Assembly: GCA_039545335.1 (NCBI GenBank)
Contig: BCIN01000004.1
Coordinates: 1,292,925 to 1,356,924 of the forward strand
Reading direction: 5' to 3'
From: Kondoa subrosea
Lineage: Eukaryota
DNA: 64,000 bases
Part shown: positions 51,929 through 64,000 of the stretch, in pieces
Numbering within the stretch: the stretch's first letter is position 1
Layout of the letters: every line of letters starts with the position of its first letter
Made by a program: the position numbers and the translations under genes
The notes under the pieces: model-generated
The model's database searches: none
What the model was told of the DNA's origin: nothing
The model's input: the letters and a program-made list of their open reading frames with translations, nothing else

Positions 51929-52840
51929 TCCTTTCGGGCGATTGCCAACTTGTTTTGAAATTGCTAAGCTTGCCCAGAAAAGCGTAATCTGGTGGAAAAA
52001 AGAAAACAGATGAGCGGGAGAATAGCGGAAGAGAACAAAAAATAAACATCTTGGCTTCCTTTAACGGTATAATTTGGCGCAGACGCGACCCTCGCGATCA
52101 AACTCAACCTAATCAAGAAGGAGCAGGAGCAAGGCGAAGTTGTGAATAAAGAGCAGTGTAGAATCCTCAGATTAACTTCGTCCGTCACAAACAGGCAGTG
52201 AGCGAGAAGTGGAAGTGGACAGAAGAACGTCATTTAAAGGTCTTGAAAGTTGTAACATGCTGCATTAGGTACAGCTGACTTCTCCTTCTAGCGAGCACCG
52301 ATGAAAGTATGCGGTAGTAGCGAGATGTCGCCATACCCAGAGTACGAAGTGGGTTGAGCAATGCAACCCTGAGAATGGAAGTTTCATGAATCGGACGAGT
52401 GACCAGAGACGACACGCCGAAGACCCAGCAGTCGGACAAGCGTACGTGATGCGAATCAAATGCCGGGACAATAATTGCAGTCCATTGCGTCCCTTGTCAA
52501 ATTTTCGATATTGGATCCCGCGAATGCTGGCGCAAGTTAACAAGTGCAAGAAAACAGACATATCAATAGTGTAGCAGACGAAGCACAGATCTCGAGAGAA
52601 TTTTTTTGGACGGGACAGGAAGCGAAGCTAATCAGATAGCAAAGTCGCATGTTGGCAAAAGGCATTCGCTTCAGGAAATAGCAGACGGAGCATAATGGGG
52701 ATCGGGCAACCTGAAATGAAAGCTTTACGAAGAAGGAGCACAGAGACAGCAGCTCCACAGTCTTTCGCTGTTGGCATGGACCTAAAGTCGTTCGAAATTG
52801 CTCAAGCGGCAGCCACTTGTCTTCTGCAAACCAGCAAAGA

Positions 52841-54999
52841 ATGAAGTTCTCTCTCTTATCTCTGTCGCTGCTCTCAGCGTCTGTCTTAGCCTCTGTGAGC
52901 CTTAACTCGCCTGAGAGCGCGATAGAACGCGGTACTCATTGCATGAATCTGTCTTTTCTCTATTTTATAGGATGTCATTGATCTGACAAAGGCAAACTTC
53001 CATAAAACTGTAGGACCAGAGAGCTTGATGCTCGTAGAGTAAGCTTGACATTGCTCTTCAGGTCTGAGGAGTACTAATCGAACACGTGTAACTTTCAGGT
53101 TCTTTGGTATGTCCAGAGCAGCTCAGGATCGTCGGTCTGTCACTCAATGATGATCCTTACCTTGTATAGCGCCCTGGTGAGTTATCAGAGACGCGCTTCT
53201 GGTCATTTTCAGATTGCTGAGTAATTCGGTCTCGAAGGTGTGGCCATTGCAAAGCTCTAGCACCTCAGTATGAAGAAGCAGCTACTATCCTCAAGCAATC
53301 GAGTATCAAGATTGCCAAGGTTGATTGCACGCAAGAAACTGAACTATGTTCAGCGAATGGCATCCAAGGCTACCCGTGCGTGCTTCTTTCACGGATTGCG
53401 CATTATTAGTCTGATCAGATCCTCGGCACAGAACACTGAAGGTCTTCCGATATGGAGAATCATCAGATTACCAAGGAGCAAGAAAAACTGATGGCATTGT
53501 TAGCTACATGAAGAAGTAGGTCCCGTGTTCCCTTGGCCTAGTCTTATACTTATCCAATTCTGTCCAGACAAGCACTGCCCGCCGTATCAACACTAACAGC
53601 AGAAAACCACGTCGAATTCACAAAGGCAGACAAAGTTGTCGTCGTTGCCTACCTCGAAAGCTCAGACTCTGTCAACAAGAAGACTTTCGAAGACTTCTCA
53701 GAAAGCCATCGCGACGACTACCTCTTTGGTCTGACGTCCGACGCTTCAGCTATCTCTACCGCCGACGTCACACCTCCCGCTGTCGTTCTATACAAGACTT
53801 TCGATGAAGGACGAAACAACTACGTTGGTTCATTCACAACTGAAGGTTTAGCTGAATTCGTTCGCGATCACGCAACTCCTCTACTGGATGAAATCACTCC
53901 AGATAATTTCGCTACTTACGCTGAAGCTGGTCTACCTCTGGCCTACATCTTCATTGAAGCCAACGACCCACACAGAGAAGAAGTAGTGACTGCTCTGGAA
54001 CCATTAGCCAGAGAACACAAATCAAGGATGAACTTTGTTTGGATCGATGCCGCTAAATTCTCAGATCACGCAAAGAGTTTGAACTTGCCTGAACCCAAGT
54101 GGCCTTCTTTCGCTATTCAGAAAGTTGATGAGAGTGAGCCTTTTCTCTTTGCCTATCTATTGATATCGATGGTTTAACGAAATTGTGATCGATAGTGCTC
54201 AAATACCCTCTTTCTCAATCTGAAGAAGTTTCTGCTTCCGTTGTTGGTGCCTTCGTCAAGAAATTCCTAGCGGGAGAAATCAAGCCTTCAGTGAAATCCG
54301 AACCAATCCCTACTTCTCAAGATGAACCCGTTTACGTTTTGGTTGCTGATTCGTTTGAAGATGCTACAAAAGATAACTCAAAGGATATGTTGATTGAATG
54401 TGAGCGGCCCTTCCAGCCAGTCAAAGCCAGGCAGGTATTGATGTAAAGGTTTGCTCAGTCTACGCTCCTTGGTGCGGTCATTGCAAGAAGCTGGCTCCTA
54501 CATGGGACACTCTTGGAGAGAAATACGCTGCTGTCAAGGTCAGTATAGCACTTTCGAGCATGCAAATTTTGTAGCTCACGAAAGCGGAATTGCGACAGGA
54601 CAAGATCATGATTGGCAAATTCGATGCTCACAGCAATGATGTCCCTGCTAGCTCTGGTATCGTAAGTGGATCAGCGATTAAGTCATATCTTGATTGACTA
54701 AGTTGATCCTGTTTTCCATCTCACAGAAAGTAGCCGGTTTCCCTACTATCAAATTCCGAAGTGCCGGCAGTAATGAATGGGTTGATTACGAAGGTGACCG
54801 CAGCGTGAGTGGACATCCAGCATCAGACCTCGTGATTGTTAGCTGAGGCTGTCAACCACAGCTCGAATCTTTCATTGAATATCTTGAAACCAACGCCAAG
54901 AACGATGTTCACCCTAACGAAACCGCTTCTACTCAAGCTGAACAAGTTGTCTTTGGCGGCGGCGAAGAAGCAGCGGCGCACCACAGAGATGAACTCTAG
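52841..54999 (+). CDS. PDI1: Protein disulfide-isomerase
   Basis: Signal peptide; two APWCGHCK active sites (the first assembled from micro-exons); GYPTLK and GFPTIK; C-terminal RDEL ER-retention signal. Confidence 0.97.
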
Positions 55000-56038
55000 A
55001 TTAGTTTCTTTCGGATGCGGAATGGATTAGGATCAAAGCTATTTCCCCTTTTTTGTGATCTTTGGAAAAGGGTTCGAGTGTATGCAATTCCTATAAAGTA
55101 CTCTGAAATAGTGTGACCCAGCGTGCTCTGACTGCCTATAGCTGAATCCTTGATCCCGTTCCTGATCCCGCTTCCGCTTCTTCGAGCCTTATCTAAGCCG
55201 TTTTTGCTCCCGCGCAATCATCTTCACGCCAGTACTTCTCGCGACACCTCTCGTCGTGCAGAACAGTACCTGTTTGCTACTTGTCTCGTCCTCCGAAAGT
55301 TGAAGGCTCAGGCTCAAAAACTGAAGATCTCAATTCCGATTCAACAAATTTGCATCCTCTTGACCTCTGGATTGAGCGCCCGGGATTGTGGGCAATATAT
55401 TCGCTGCAACCTGACGGCAAGATCAATATCCGTTTACATTATCGACCACATTCAGCTTCGAAACACCGGACGCATGTCCTATTATGTAACAGCAATTACA
55501 AGTCCCTGAGCCATCTCTATCTCAACAGCTAATCTGTACTGCGCTTTTCGAATTGTGTTGATCTCGCAACAGTCAGCCAGGCAACAATGCTTTCTGCTGT
55601 ACTCAACTTTGATGCTTGTCTTGAGTGCTTGTAGAGTCAAGTGTATAGCAGGGAAAAAGAAGCAGTTTCTTTCAAGACGAACATGCCTGTTTCGATTTCA
55701 CCGCCGTCGCAAGAACAGCGTTTGAAGCCTGCTACTTATCGTGCACTACTGTAGTACTGTTGCCAGTAGCACGCGTCTTTAAGACTTCTATCTCGATCGC
55801 GTTGCATTACGAAGATAATCGGGCCCAGGCTTAAATTGTGCATGACTAAAGCGCAGAAAAATTGCGGGTTGCGCTTATCACGTACCGATCACCTTTTGTC
55901 CTCTTGAAGTCCTTCTCTCCCTCAAGCGCATTAGTGCCACTGGATAGCTCTCTCTGTCCGTTAGTTCATGAACCCGCTCTTACAAAGAATAGAGGAAAAT
56001 GCTTATGTGACGCATGTTTTAATTAGCTCCTCCGCAAA

Positions 56039-57170
56039 ATGATGCCTGAACCTTATGATTTCCCTCACTCCGTTGCTCCTGGTATGACTTTTCATTCGCA
56101 AGAATATGAAATTGGCAGGATGTTTGGCATTCCGATTGACGCAACAGGCACGTTTGCACCTTATCAGACCATTTCAAATTTGCTCTTTCCTGACTTATCA
56201 GCGCAGTGGACGGTCAAGGGTGCTCTATGAGTCTTCAGAGTCCTGCTGGTGGCCAGGTTCAAGTATCAAATCGTGAGGTTTCCTCGGCACCGCATTGCAA
56301 AGTCTCTCGGCTGATCCAAAAAGCAGAATCATCTGCGGCCGTTTCAAAGAAGAAGAGAGTCAAGAAACCACAAGATGAAGAAGCCAACGAACATCGGAAA
56401 GCTCAGAATCGAAAAGCTCAGAAGGTATGTCTTGACCTGCAAAATCCGTTGCACCTGCAGCCTCTAATTGTTTTCGCGTTCAATAGAATTTCAGGGAGCG
56501 AAAGATAGCACATATCAAATGGATGGAAGATTGCGTTGCCGCTATTCCTAGAGACATGGCTTTGTGTTTCGATTTCTTGAACAAGTGAGGTCTTTAGTTG
56601 GATACGATTTCGACGACAGGCTCACCCAATGACAGGTTACTGGAAGAGAACAGAGAGCTTCAACGAAGCGCAGGCACTCAAATTCGTGATTCTGGTGCCT
56701 CTGATCTTTCAACTCTTATCAAAGGTACACCTCTTGAAGAAGCAGCTAAATTGTATGGTCGGAAACATCTCAATGCTGAAGATCATCAAGCGTGCGAAGA
56801 TGTTGAAGCTGCCAAAGAACTCTTGGACCCGTTCTCTCCTGGTCCATCCAATCATCAATTGACGACTTCACCTACTTCACCTTTTACCCAAGCTCGTTCT
56901 CCCTACAATGAACCTTTCTGCGCACCTTTCTTCAGTGCTACTGACAATTGTCTTACCTACGGCACGGCTCATCAGCAGCCTCAAGCGTCTCACTCGTATA
57001 ACCCTTTCCCTTTGAATTCCGACTTTTCTCAGGCTGTCCCTTGGCAATTCTGGCCTGTAGAGTCATCTGCGGAAGAGAAGTCTGAAGAAGGGCAGCTGGC
57101 AGCACCTTCTCAAGGCTTGCAGCTATGGATGCCTGGTCAGCCTGAATTGTGGGAAATTCAGGATCGATAG
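56039..57170 (+). CDS. bZIP transcription factor (AP-1/Yap-like basic region)
   Basis: Basic region HRKAQNRKAQK/NFRERKIAHIKWMED split by an intron, followed by LLEENRELQ. Start uncertain. Confidence 0.75.
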
Positions 57171-57299
57171 ATAGTCTGGGCTTAATGGGTCAAGTGGGGA
57201 TTGTGGAATTCAAGGTGTAGCATGGTTCTAAGGGAAGGGAAGGAATGCCTTTGTATCGAAATATAATTATTACGCGCTTTTTTCTTGTTGACCGCGACG

Positions 57300-59682
57300 A
57301 TGCAAGCGTCGAATCCAGCTGGTGCTGCTTCGGCTTTGAGGTCTCCGAAGACTCTAGCAGCTCAAATAGCAGCTTTACAAGCTGAACTGGAACAAGCTGA
57401 AGCTGCTAAAGAGGCACAGAAACCTACTTTGGCACAACTTGAGCAAGAACGCGTTTTGGTACAACATAGTCCTAGTCCTAAGAAGAAGAAGCAAGAGAAA
57501 GCAAGAACTACGTATGCTAGACCTGCTGCACCCCTTGATCTGTCCTCTGCTGCTGGCGTGCCTAGACCAGCTAAAGCGAAACAAGTTGATTTGTTGACTG
57601 AACACAAAGCAGAGAGTTAGCTTCATTTTTGTGTGGAAATCGTCTCAGTATCTTATATGAATGCTGATTAGAACCTTCTGCTCTGCTGCAATCACTCAAT
57701 GCGCGTCGATCAAAACTCAAAGATGCGGAGGAACGTAGAGGTTTAGAACGTTCTACTGGTTTCTCTACTGCTGCTACACTACCCACTACCACTGTTCAGT
57801 CGACGGAAGTACATCAAGCAGAAGATCCTTATGCTGAACGAGATGAAAGTTTAGCTTTGATTGAAAGATTAGAAATGGGTCCCAAAGAATTCACTGCCCC
57901 TTTAGAAGATCCTCTCTGGGAAAAAGTAGAACCTAACAGCAAGATCCGATTAAGACAACGTTTGGTTTCTCATGAAGATGTACAAGAACATTTATCCCAA
58001 CGGTATCATATCACACCTTCCCTTTTATACTCTATCGTTCGACCTGGTAGATCAGGTAGGGAATTAGAAGTACCTGTGGATGGAGATTTCGTTATCATTG
58101 GTGTTCTGGCCGAAAAATCAGATATCAGAATGCAAGCTGCTCAACCTGTTTTACCCAAACCAAACGAGAAGAAGAAGAAAGGCAAAGAGAAACAAGTACA
58201 AGATAGAGAAGATGCGGATGAATTAGAAAACTCTGATGCTGAAGAAGAAGCAGAAGATCCAAAAGTTGAAAAAAGATCACCGAAAAGATTTGTCATGTTC
58301 AAATTATTGGATATGGGTTTTAAAAGAGGACAAACTACTTCTTCAGGTGATGGAATGTTGACTGTTTTTCTCTTTGAATCGAATTCTACTTCTACTTTAT
58401 ATGAAGTCGAGCAAGATTCAGTTGCCACTGCTTCTACTGGTGCGAGAATTAGGCAAGAAGGTCAAGAACAACAGAAAACTACTGTGTACAAAGGTGGAAG
58501 TGGTGGGGCGTACGAGAAGTTCTGCAAAGAAAGTAACGGAACAGTTGTTGCTATCCTTAACCCAAGAGTGCTCAAACCTCGTCAAGTGAGTCTTTTCATA
58601 CATCTGGTATATATTTACCTGACTGTATACGTAGCCTGGGAAACCTCATCCTGGATCTAATACTTTGGCAATCACACCAGAAAGTGCCGATTCAGTCATT
58701 ATACTGGGAAGAAGTAAAGATCTAGGTTCATGTCAAGCTATGAAACGCGATAACAAACCTTGCGGCTCCTGGTGCGATCTGTGTGTAGCATCTTCTTCTA
58801 TTGCCAGCCTTTTGGACTGATCATCTGATGCGATAAAAGGCGAAACAACGAGTACTGCGATTATCATATTCAACAAGCAGTAGAAAAGAAACGTTCTGGC
58901 AGATCGGAATTGATGATTGGGTTCGTCTATCTTTATCTGACCGGCACCTCAAAATCTGACTATACATTTTGCAGCACATCAAGTCTAACTCAAGCCGTTG
59001 GTGGTCGAGGTGGAAAGAAGTTCACTCCAGGTCAACGTAACAACGCTTCTTCCGATTACGATCCTTCTCGAAAGATTGGACTACTACCAAAAACAGGCAA
59101 GATTTCCGTTCAAGGTGTAACTACCTATGTTACCGGAGGTGGTGGAAACAAACAAATGATGCGAAGTCGAAATACCAACCTGACTGGATTTGCTGTACCT
59201 TCAGAAAGCAAAGAAAGGGAAGAAGCAAAAGATCGGAAACGAAGAAGGGAAGTGGAGGAGAAAATATTGCAGGGTGTTTTAAAGAAAGATGGTGGGAAAA
59301 CTTTGGGTGCTAAATACCTCAAAAGCGTTGGGTCTGTCAAGCAAGAAGAGGAAACAGAAGCGCAAGAAGATCAAGATGCGATAGCAGAAGGCAAGAAACT
59401 TAGACCTTTCAATGCTTCGAGTTTGAGAGCGATTGGGTTTGATCCAACAAGGAACGATACAAGCATCAATCATGGGGAAGAAGATGCTGTTGCCAAAAAG
59501 CGTAGAGTATGTCTCTAACTTTATCGTGAATAGTCAAACTAAGTGTTTACTTAGCTCGACATTGTAAACGCCCTGGACATTGGGACTTCTAAAGCGAAAC
59601 CAAAATTAGGTCCAGCTCCGTCAACAAAGCAAGTCGCTCTAGATTCAGATGATGACGAAGATTTGGTCGTCTTGGTAAGTTG
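57300..59682 (+). CDS. MCM10: DNA replication factor Mcm10
   Basis: OB-fold GDFVIIGVLAEKS, RFVMFKLLDM, LTVFLF, GTVVAILNP; zinc finger LGSCQAMKRDNKPCGSWCD...YCDYH. May extend by splicing to 60044. Confidence 0.9.
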
Positions 59683-59729
59683 ATTTGTTTCAAAGGTTTT
59701 ACAAAGAAGTCTCATTGTGTTGTTCATAG

Positions 59730-60044
59730 CGCGAAGGTGAACTTCAAGCTAGACCGAGGGCGAAAGTAGTCTGGCAGATGCATGCTAAACGATTCGCACC
59801 CAAAAATGGACCAACAGCGGCTTCTACTCCTCTTGATATGGAGGCTGATCAGTCGCAAGCAGAAGCGCCGACCACTTCTACAGCGAAACCTGTTGAAACC
59901 CAAACGAAGACTAAGAACAACAAGAGAAAGAAAGGAGAAGTGAAATCCAAGTTCAAGAGCGGAACAGAAGGCGAAGGATCCGCTTCACTTTCTGATCTAA
60001 TGGACAAGTTCAAGAAAGCAAAGCAGTTACCTGGTGTTCTTTAG
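59730..60044 (+). CDS. Basic, K-rich exon/ORF: either an alternative last exon of MCM10 or a small separate gene
   Basis: ORF 59778-60044 is in frame with an AG acceptor at 59728-59729 and a phase-0 GTAAGT donor after the MCM10 codons LVVL. Confidence 0.45.
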   Translation, partial: REGELQARPRAKVVWQMHAKRFAPKNGPTAASTPLDMEADQSQAEAPTTSTAKPVETQTKTKNNKRKKGEVKSKFKSGTEGEGSASLSDLMDKFKKAKQLPGVL

Positions 60045-60306
60045 CATTTATTCGTTCAGTTTGCATATGTACAGTTCATTTCAAACATTAAAAGAGTCAT
60101 TTACATTGTAACGAGTTTTTGCGTATTTTACAATTCCATGTCAAGGAATCTTGCATAAAATGAAGTGATCCATGATGCTGGTATACCGGTACGCGATCAG
60201 ATGAAGTGATGTAGAATACGGAGGCGAGGAGAATGACTACGATCACGTAAGCGAAAACTATATCGCCTTGACAAAGCGAAAGGAGGGGACTAACTCGCTG
60301 AAACGA

Positions 60307-60678
60307 TTAGAGCGCGGCTGACAGTTGACGTGAACTACTCTTCGCCCTAGATTCTCGCTCTTGCTGCTGCATGAATTCCGCTTGCACCGTCCTTGCTTTC
60401 ATTCGTCTATCATTAAACATAAGACACTGCTTCTCTACTATTTCCAAAGGAGGGGTGATAGTGTTTTCAGTCTTGTTGTTGTTGTTGACTTGCGTAGTAG
60501 TAGGTAAAGACATGAGATCCATGACGCTTTGAAAAAGAATTGGCTCTTGGCCTGACTTGATTCTTAGTGAATTGATCTGTTGCTCAAGGTGTAAATTGTG
60601 TATTGTAAGTGCATCTGATTGTTGCTGAGCTTGTTGAGCTTGTGAAGGACACTGCGGAACATTTTGGGGATTAGTCAT
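60307..60678 (-). CDS. Small orphan coiled-coil protein, paralog 1
   Basis: ATG (MTNPQ) inside ORF 60307-61149; shares two motifs with the ORF at 61508-62089. Confidence 0.55.
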   Translation of the reverse strand: MTNPQNVPQCPSQAQQAQQQSDALTIHNLHLEQQINSLRIKSGQEPILFQSVMDLMSLPTTTQVNNNNKTENTITPPLEIVEKQCLMFNDRRMKARTVQAEFMQQQERESRAKSSSRQLSAAL

Positions 60679-61507
60679 ATTCTGGTTGAGGAATGGATTA
60701 TTGTGGAGAGAGTAATAACTTACGGAAAACAAGTCAAACATTGAGCTTCTGGGCAGAAAACCTATGCGAGTAGTAGTAGCAGTAGTGAGTAATTGTCCAC
60801 AGAGAAGAAAACTCCGTCCATGCGTCGTCAAAGTTCGAATAAAAGGCCTCGCTATCAAGAGTCGGGACTTTTGTGCCTCGACCCCGCATACGCGTGGTTG
60901 TTGGATCAGTAAAACGAAAGTGCAACAAGCCATGGCGCGCTTCATGGGTAGACCGCGAAAATAGCATGGTAAGGAGTTGTACGGTTGAAAGGGCGAATAG
61001 TACCACCGACCGAAAGATGCTGCAAAAACATTGGTAATATTCTGTGATCGCCTGTCAGATGTCTTGCTGATGAAGCGAACATATTTCGAAGGCCCCGGTG
61101 ATTGCTCAGAGATTGCTGGTGACTGTGCCGCATTCGCATCGAAGCACATACTATTGGAAGAGGTAACCGCGAAAGCTCGAGCAGCTTGAAAGCTTATCTC
61201 TCAGTGCATAAGAGAGCAACAAGCAAAAGCCGATAGCAGGAGAATAGTGTAGAGGACGACACAGAGAAGTAAAGGAAAAAAGAGAAAGAGACAAAGCTGC
61301 GAAATGCACGATTGTGATGAGCATGGGACAAGTCATTAATAGAGAGACCGTTCGTATACAGTCTGAGCAGCTCGAAGCGCTTCATGGCTGTTACCAGATG
61401 GTTAGTGAAGCCAAAGACAAAGGAGAGAGATGAACGCACACATATATACACTCAATACAGATACGACATCTCTCAACCAGTCGAGCTGTGCGGAGCACCA
61501 TCTGGAG

Positions 61508-62089
61508 CTATGAATCCACAGAAAGCAAGGCCATCAGCGCGCTTGTTGGTCGATCATTGATTAAAGAAGACTCACTATCCTGTTCATGCTTTGAGTTATT
61601 TTCAAGCCAAGCGTCTACTTTCTTGGTGTCCGCAGTCTTCTTTACCCACTTGTCTACCGATCTAGAACCTCGAGACAAAGGTACAGGCCGATTCCCAGCT
61701 CCTCCTTCTTCGGATTCCTGCTTCCGCCTATTTGCTGACCTTTCTTCCAGCATAGCACATTGTCTCTCTAGTATCCTATTTGTCTCCTCTTCATCCCCTT
61801 TAATACCACCTAATTCTTCTGACCCTCTCCTGCCTGAATGAGTTTGACTTTGACTTGCTCGGCGTGTGTTTAGTTTGTTCTCCAAGTATGAATTACGCGC
61901 TTCCAACAAATCAATCTGGTCTTGAGTTCCTTTATCTGGCTGTTCCAATTCGTAAGCTAACGAAAACCAGAAATGGTAAACGATTGGGGGACTTACTGAA
62001 AGGGATTCTAGAAGCCAGTGCGAATCGCTCTGTTGTGCATTGGAATGCTGGGATGTTGAAGTAGAAGCCGTGCTACGAGATTGCTGCAT
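61508..62089 (-). CDS. Small orphan coiled-coil protein, paralog 2 (possible in-frame intron)
   Basis: 193-aa ORF sharing two motifs with 60307-60678. Confidence 0.55.
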   Translation of the reverse strand: MQQSRSTASTSTSQHSNAQQSDSHWLLESLSVSPPIVYHFWFSLAYELEQPDKGTQDQIDLLEARNSYLENKLNTRRASQSQTHSGRRGSEELGGIKGDEEETNRILERQCAMLEERSANRRKQESEEGGAGNRPVPLSRGSRSVDKWVKKTADTKKVDAWLENNSKHEQDSESSLINDRPTSALMALLSVDS

Positions 62090-62247
62090 TCATATAGGTC
62101 TCAAGTCACTGTCTCGGGAAAAAAAAAGAGAGTGATCTCAATTTCGGTCCCTGGAGTGCTTGGATTGATCTGCGCCGAGACAATCGACATTTCGAAGCCG
62201 ACATGAAGACTACTAGCAGATGACGAAAAGATATACTGCTCAAGCTC

Positions 62248-64000
62248 TCAAAGCGAAGGTCGCGTCGCTTGAACTTGAGGGCGCGCTAATGCAATAAGTA
62301 AAAAGTCTGAATGATTGCCATGATCAAGCTTATGTAAGCGATACAAGTATGTTGGCTGCTCCTGAGGTATGCCAAAGAGCATGAATATGTATCCCATAAT
62401 GACGTTCCAGAGCATCTTATTGACCTGTTTGTTTTTCGAGAAGTTGAAGATGCGAACAATGAGCAACGGAGGAGTGCCGCAAGCATTTCAGAAGCTTCTC
62501 TGCCCTCCTTGGGTCCATCTCAATATGGATCCGACGAATTCGCGAACAATTAGCCGCAGAACAATGGTTACCTCAGACTTGCCCCACCAATAACGAAAAC
62601 ACTCAAGACATATCTCTGCTTCCAGGGCAAGCTTCTGACCTGCTACTCCGATATAGTAGCCAGCTTCAGCTTCCTCTGACTCGTAGCATTCAATTGAAAC
62701 AGTGAGGCCAAGACTGCTGCTCATTGTTTGCCCAGGGATTGGCTCGACAAAAGCAGATTTGCAGCTATTGCGCTATGTCGCACAATTTCAGCCGGAGTCC
62801 ATCAATGAAGTTTCGTAGAACTGATGATCAGGATCAGCGCGAGACTGATGCTGTGCACATTGAGACAAACTGCACATTTGATCTGCTCGGACGAATTGCC
62901 ATCTCTTCTCTTGCTAAACAGCTTAGCACTCATCTCAGGTTTAGCAGTATTGTTGCAGCGCCAATCCTCAGTACCACCTAAAGCCCATTGCCCGATTTAA
63001 TTTCAATCGTATAGACTCCGAGATGCGTCGCCATTTGATTAAGGCGCATGCTGCAACGCTGAAGGACCAACGTTCGGCCTTCGCACTACTGACACGCCAA
63101 CAATTGCGAATTCTGGGTTAAGATGGGCGAATCGCTTCCTTCCAAAGCTTTGCCCTCTTTGATTCCCAGCGGCCAATTCATCGTCCAAAGCACGAAGCAG
63201 CCCTTAGGCTTGTTCAATGATAAGCGACCGCCTATCCTGGCAGCTGCTTGAATTATCGCTTGCTAATCTCAAGGCAAGAATGCAGCAAACAAAGGATCGG
63301 AATCGAAGACGATTGGCTTCGAGTTGCTCTGATGCTGTGGTCCTTTTTCAAGGCTCGACGCCATACCAGAGCACTGGAGTTTCGACACCAAATGCGCTTC
63401 GTCGCTTCAGGTCAGCTTGGCAGCTTGCACGTCGCATGGAATTCGATCTCAAGAGCTGGCTACTCTAAAAGTTTCTTGTGCTGTGTCTCTTTCTTTCGCC
63501 GATATACGCTCGTTTTCCATTGCATTACTTCCCATTTTTCTATCAGCTCGTCTTTCTCCTTTTATTATGCCCAATCAAAGTCATACTGCATGGCAACAAG
63601 ATGCATTATCTGGAGTAGATTAGTCTGGGCAACAGGCTCATGTTCAATTTCGTCTCCCTTCATCAAGGCCGAACAGTCCTGTAATCATCAGCAGACGCAC
63701 GTACTAAGCCCGAGATAGAGCCTAAGCCGAGCTGGCTTTTTCAATTAGCGATTTGATCTGCTTCTTCTCCTCTAACAAACGTTTAATCATGTCACGGCCA
63801 ACTACTCCAACGAGTCCAAACCCTCTACAGCAACGTTTTCGTGCTTTGACAAATGCTCAGCTCCCTCTTGCTGTAAGTCCGGTGTCAGGCTCAAGCGCTT
63901 CAGCAGTCCAATCTCATATCCAATCTCATATCCAGGCTGCCGTCCCTCCTGAATCGGACATGGAAGCTCGATTTCAGCAATTGCGCCCAGCGAATCCATC
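62248..64000 (-). CDS. Possible multi-exon hypothetical gene, truncated at the window edge
   Basis: Minus-strand open segments 62248-62466, 62488-62724 and 63802-63999. No motif recognised. Confidence 0.25.

Noticed and set aside
55150..55532. Short ORFs between PDI1 and the bZIP gene
   Set aside because: They start at non-ATG codons and show no motif or clear splice structure; not supportable as a gene.
63908..63934. 12-bp tandem duplication CCAATCTCATAT
   Set aside because: Only about two copies; a trivial slippage event, not an array.
1..64000. Prokaryote-type systems, transposons, tRNA/rRNA, secondary-metabolite cluster or alternative genetic code
   Set aside because: I saw no repeat-spacer arrays, transposase/RT motifs, cloverleafs or PKS/NRPS genes. 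Apparent in-frame stops in conserved genes are explained by canonical introns.

Overview
This is compact, intron-rich fungal nuclear DNA with short (~45-60 nt) GT-AG introns and several micro-exons. Gene content and intron style suggest a basidiomycete (inference). About 30 genes are tightly packed. Recognisable ones: Mus7/Mms22, Coa3, Sur2, a DUF3455 secreted protein, shugoshin, Pcc1, an ABCC transporter, a TKL-like kinase, Bud27/URI, Arg4, an Sso syntaxin, a Pxp2-like thioredoxin-fold protein, a peroxisomal enoyl-CoA hydratase, Nif3, an F-box protein, two DUF6534-like membrane paralogs, Pdi1, a bZIP factor and Mcm10. The most striking feature is one spliced reading frame (41704-46362). It joins a UBA/UIM-bearing, catalytically dead USP25/Ubp2-like domain to a complete PDCD2/Tsr4-type protein. 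A ubiquitin C-terminus mimic (MRLRGG) lies exactly at the junction, suggesting a polyprotein processed by a deubiquitinase. Other highlights: a kinase with a WNK-style relocated catalytic lysine; BUD27 and ARG4 start codons only 43 bp apart; two small orphan paralogs sharing an unrecognised bipartite motif; and recurrent C-rich-to-G-rich skew switches inside exons. Exon boundaries were read by eye, so gene ends are approximate. I saw no tRNA, rRNA, CRISPR array or transposon.
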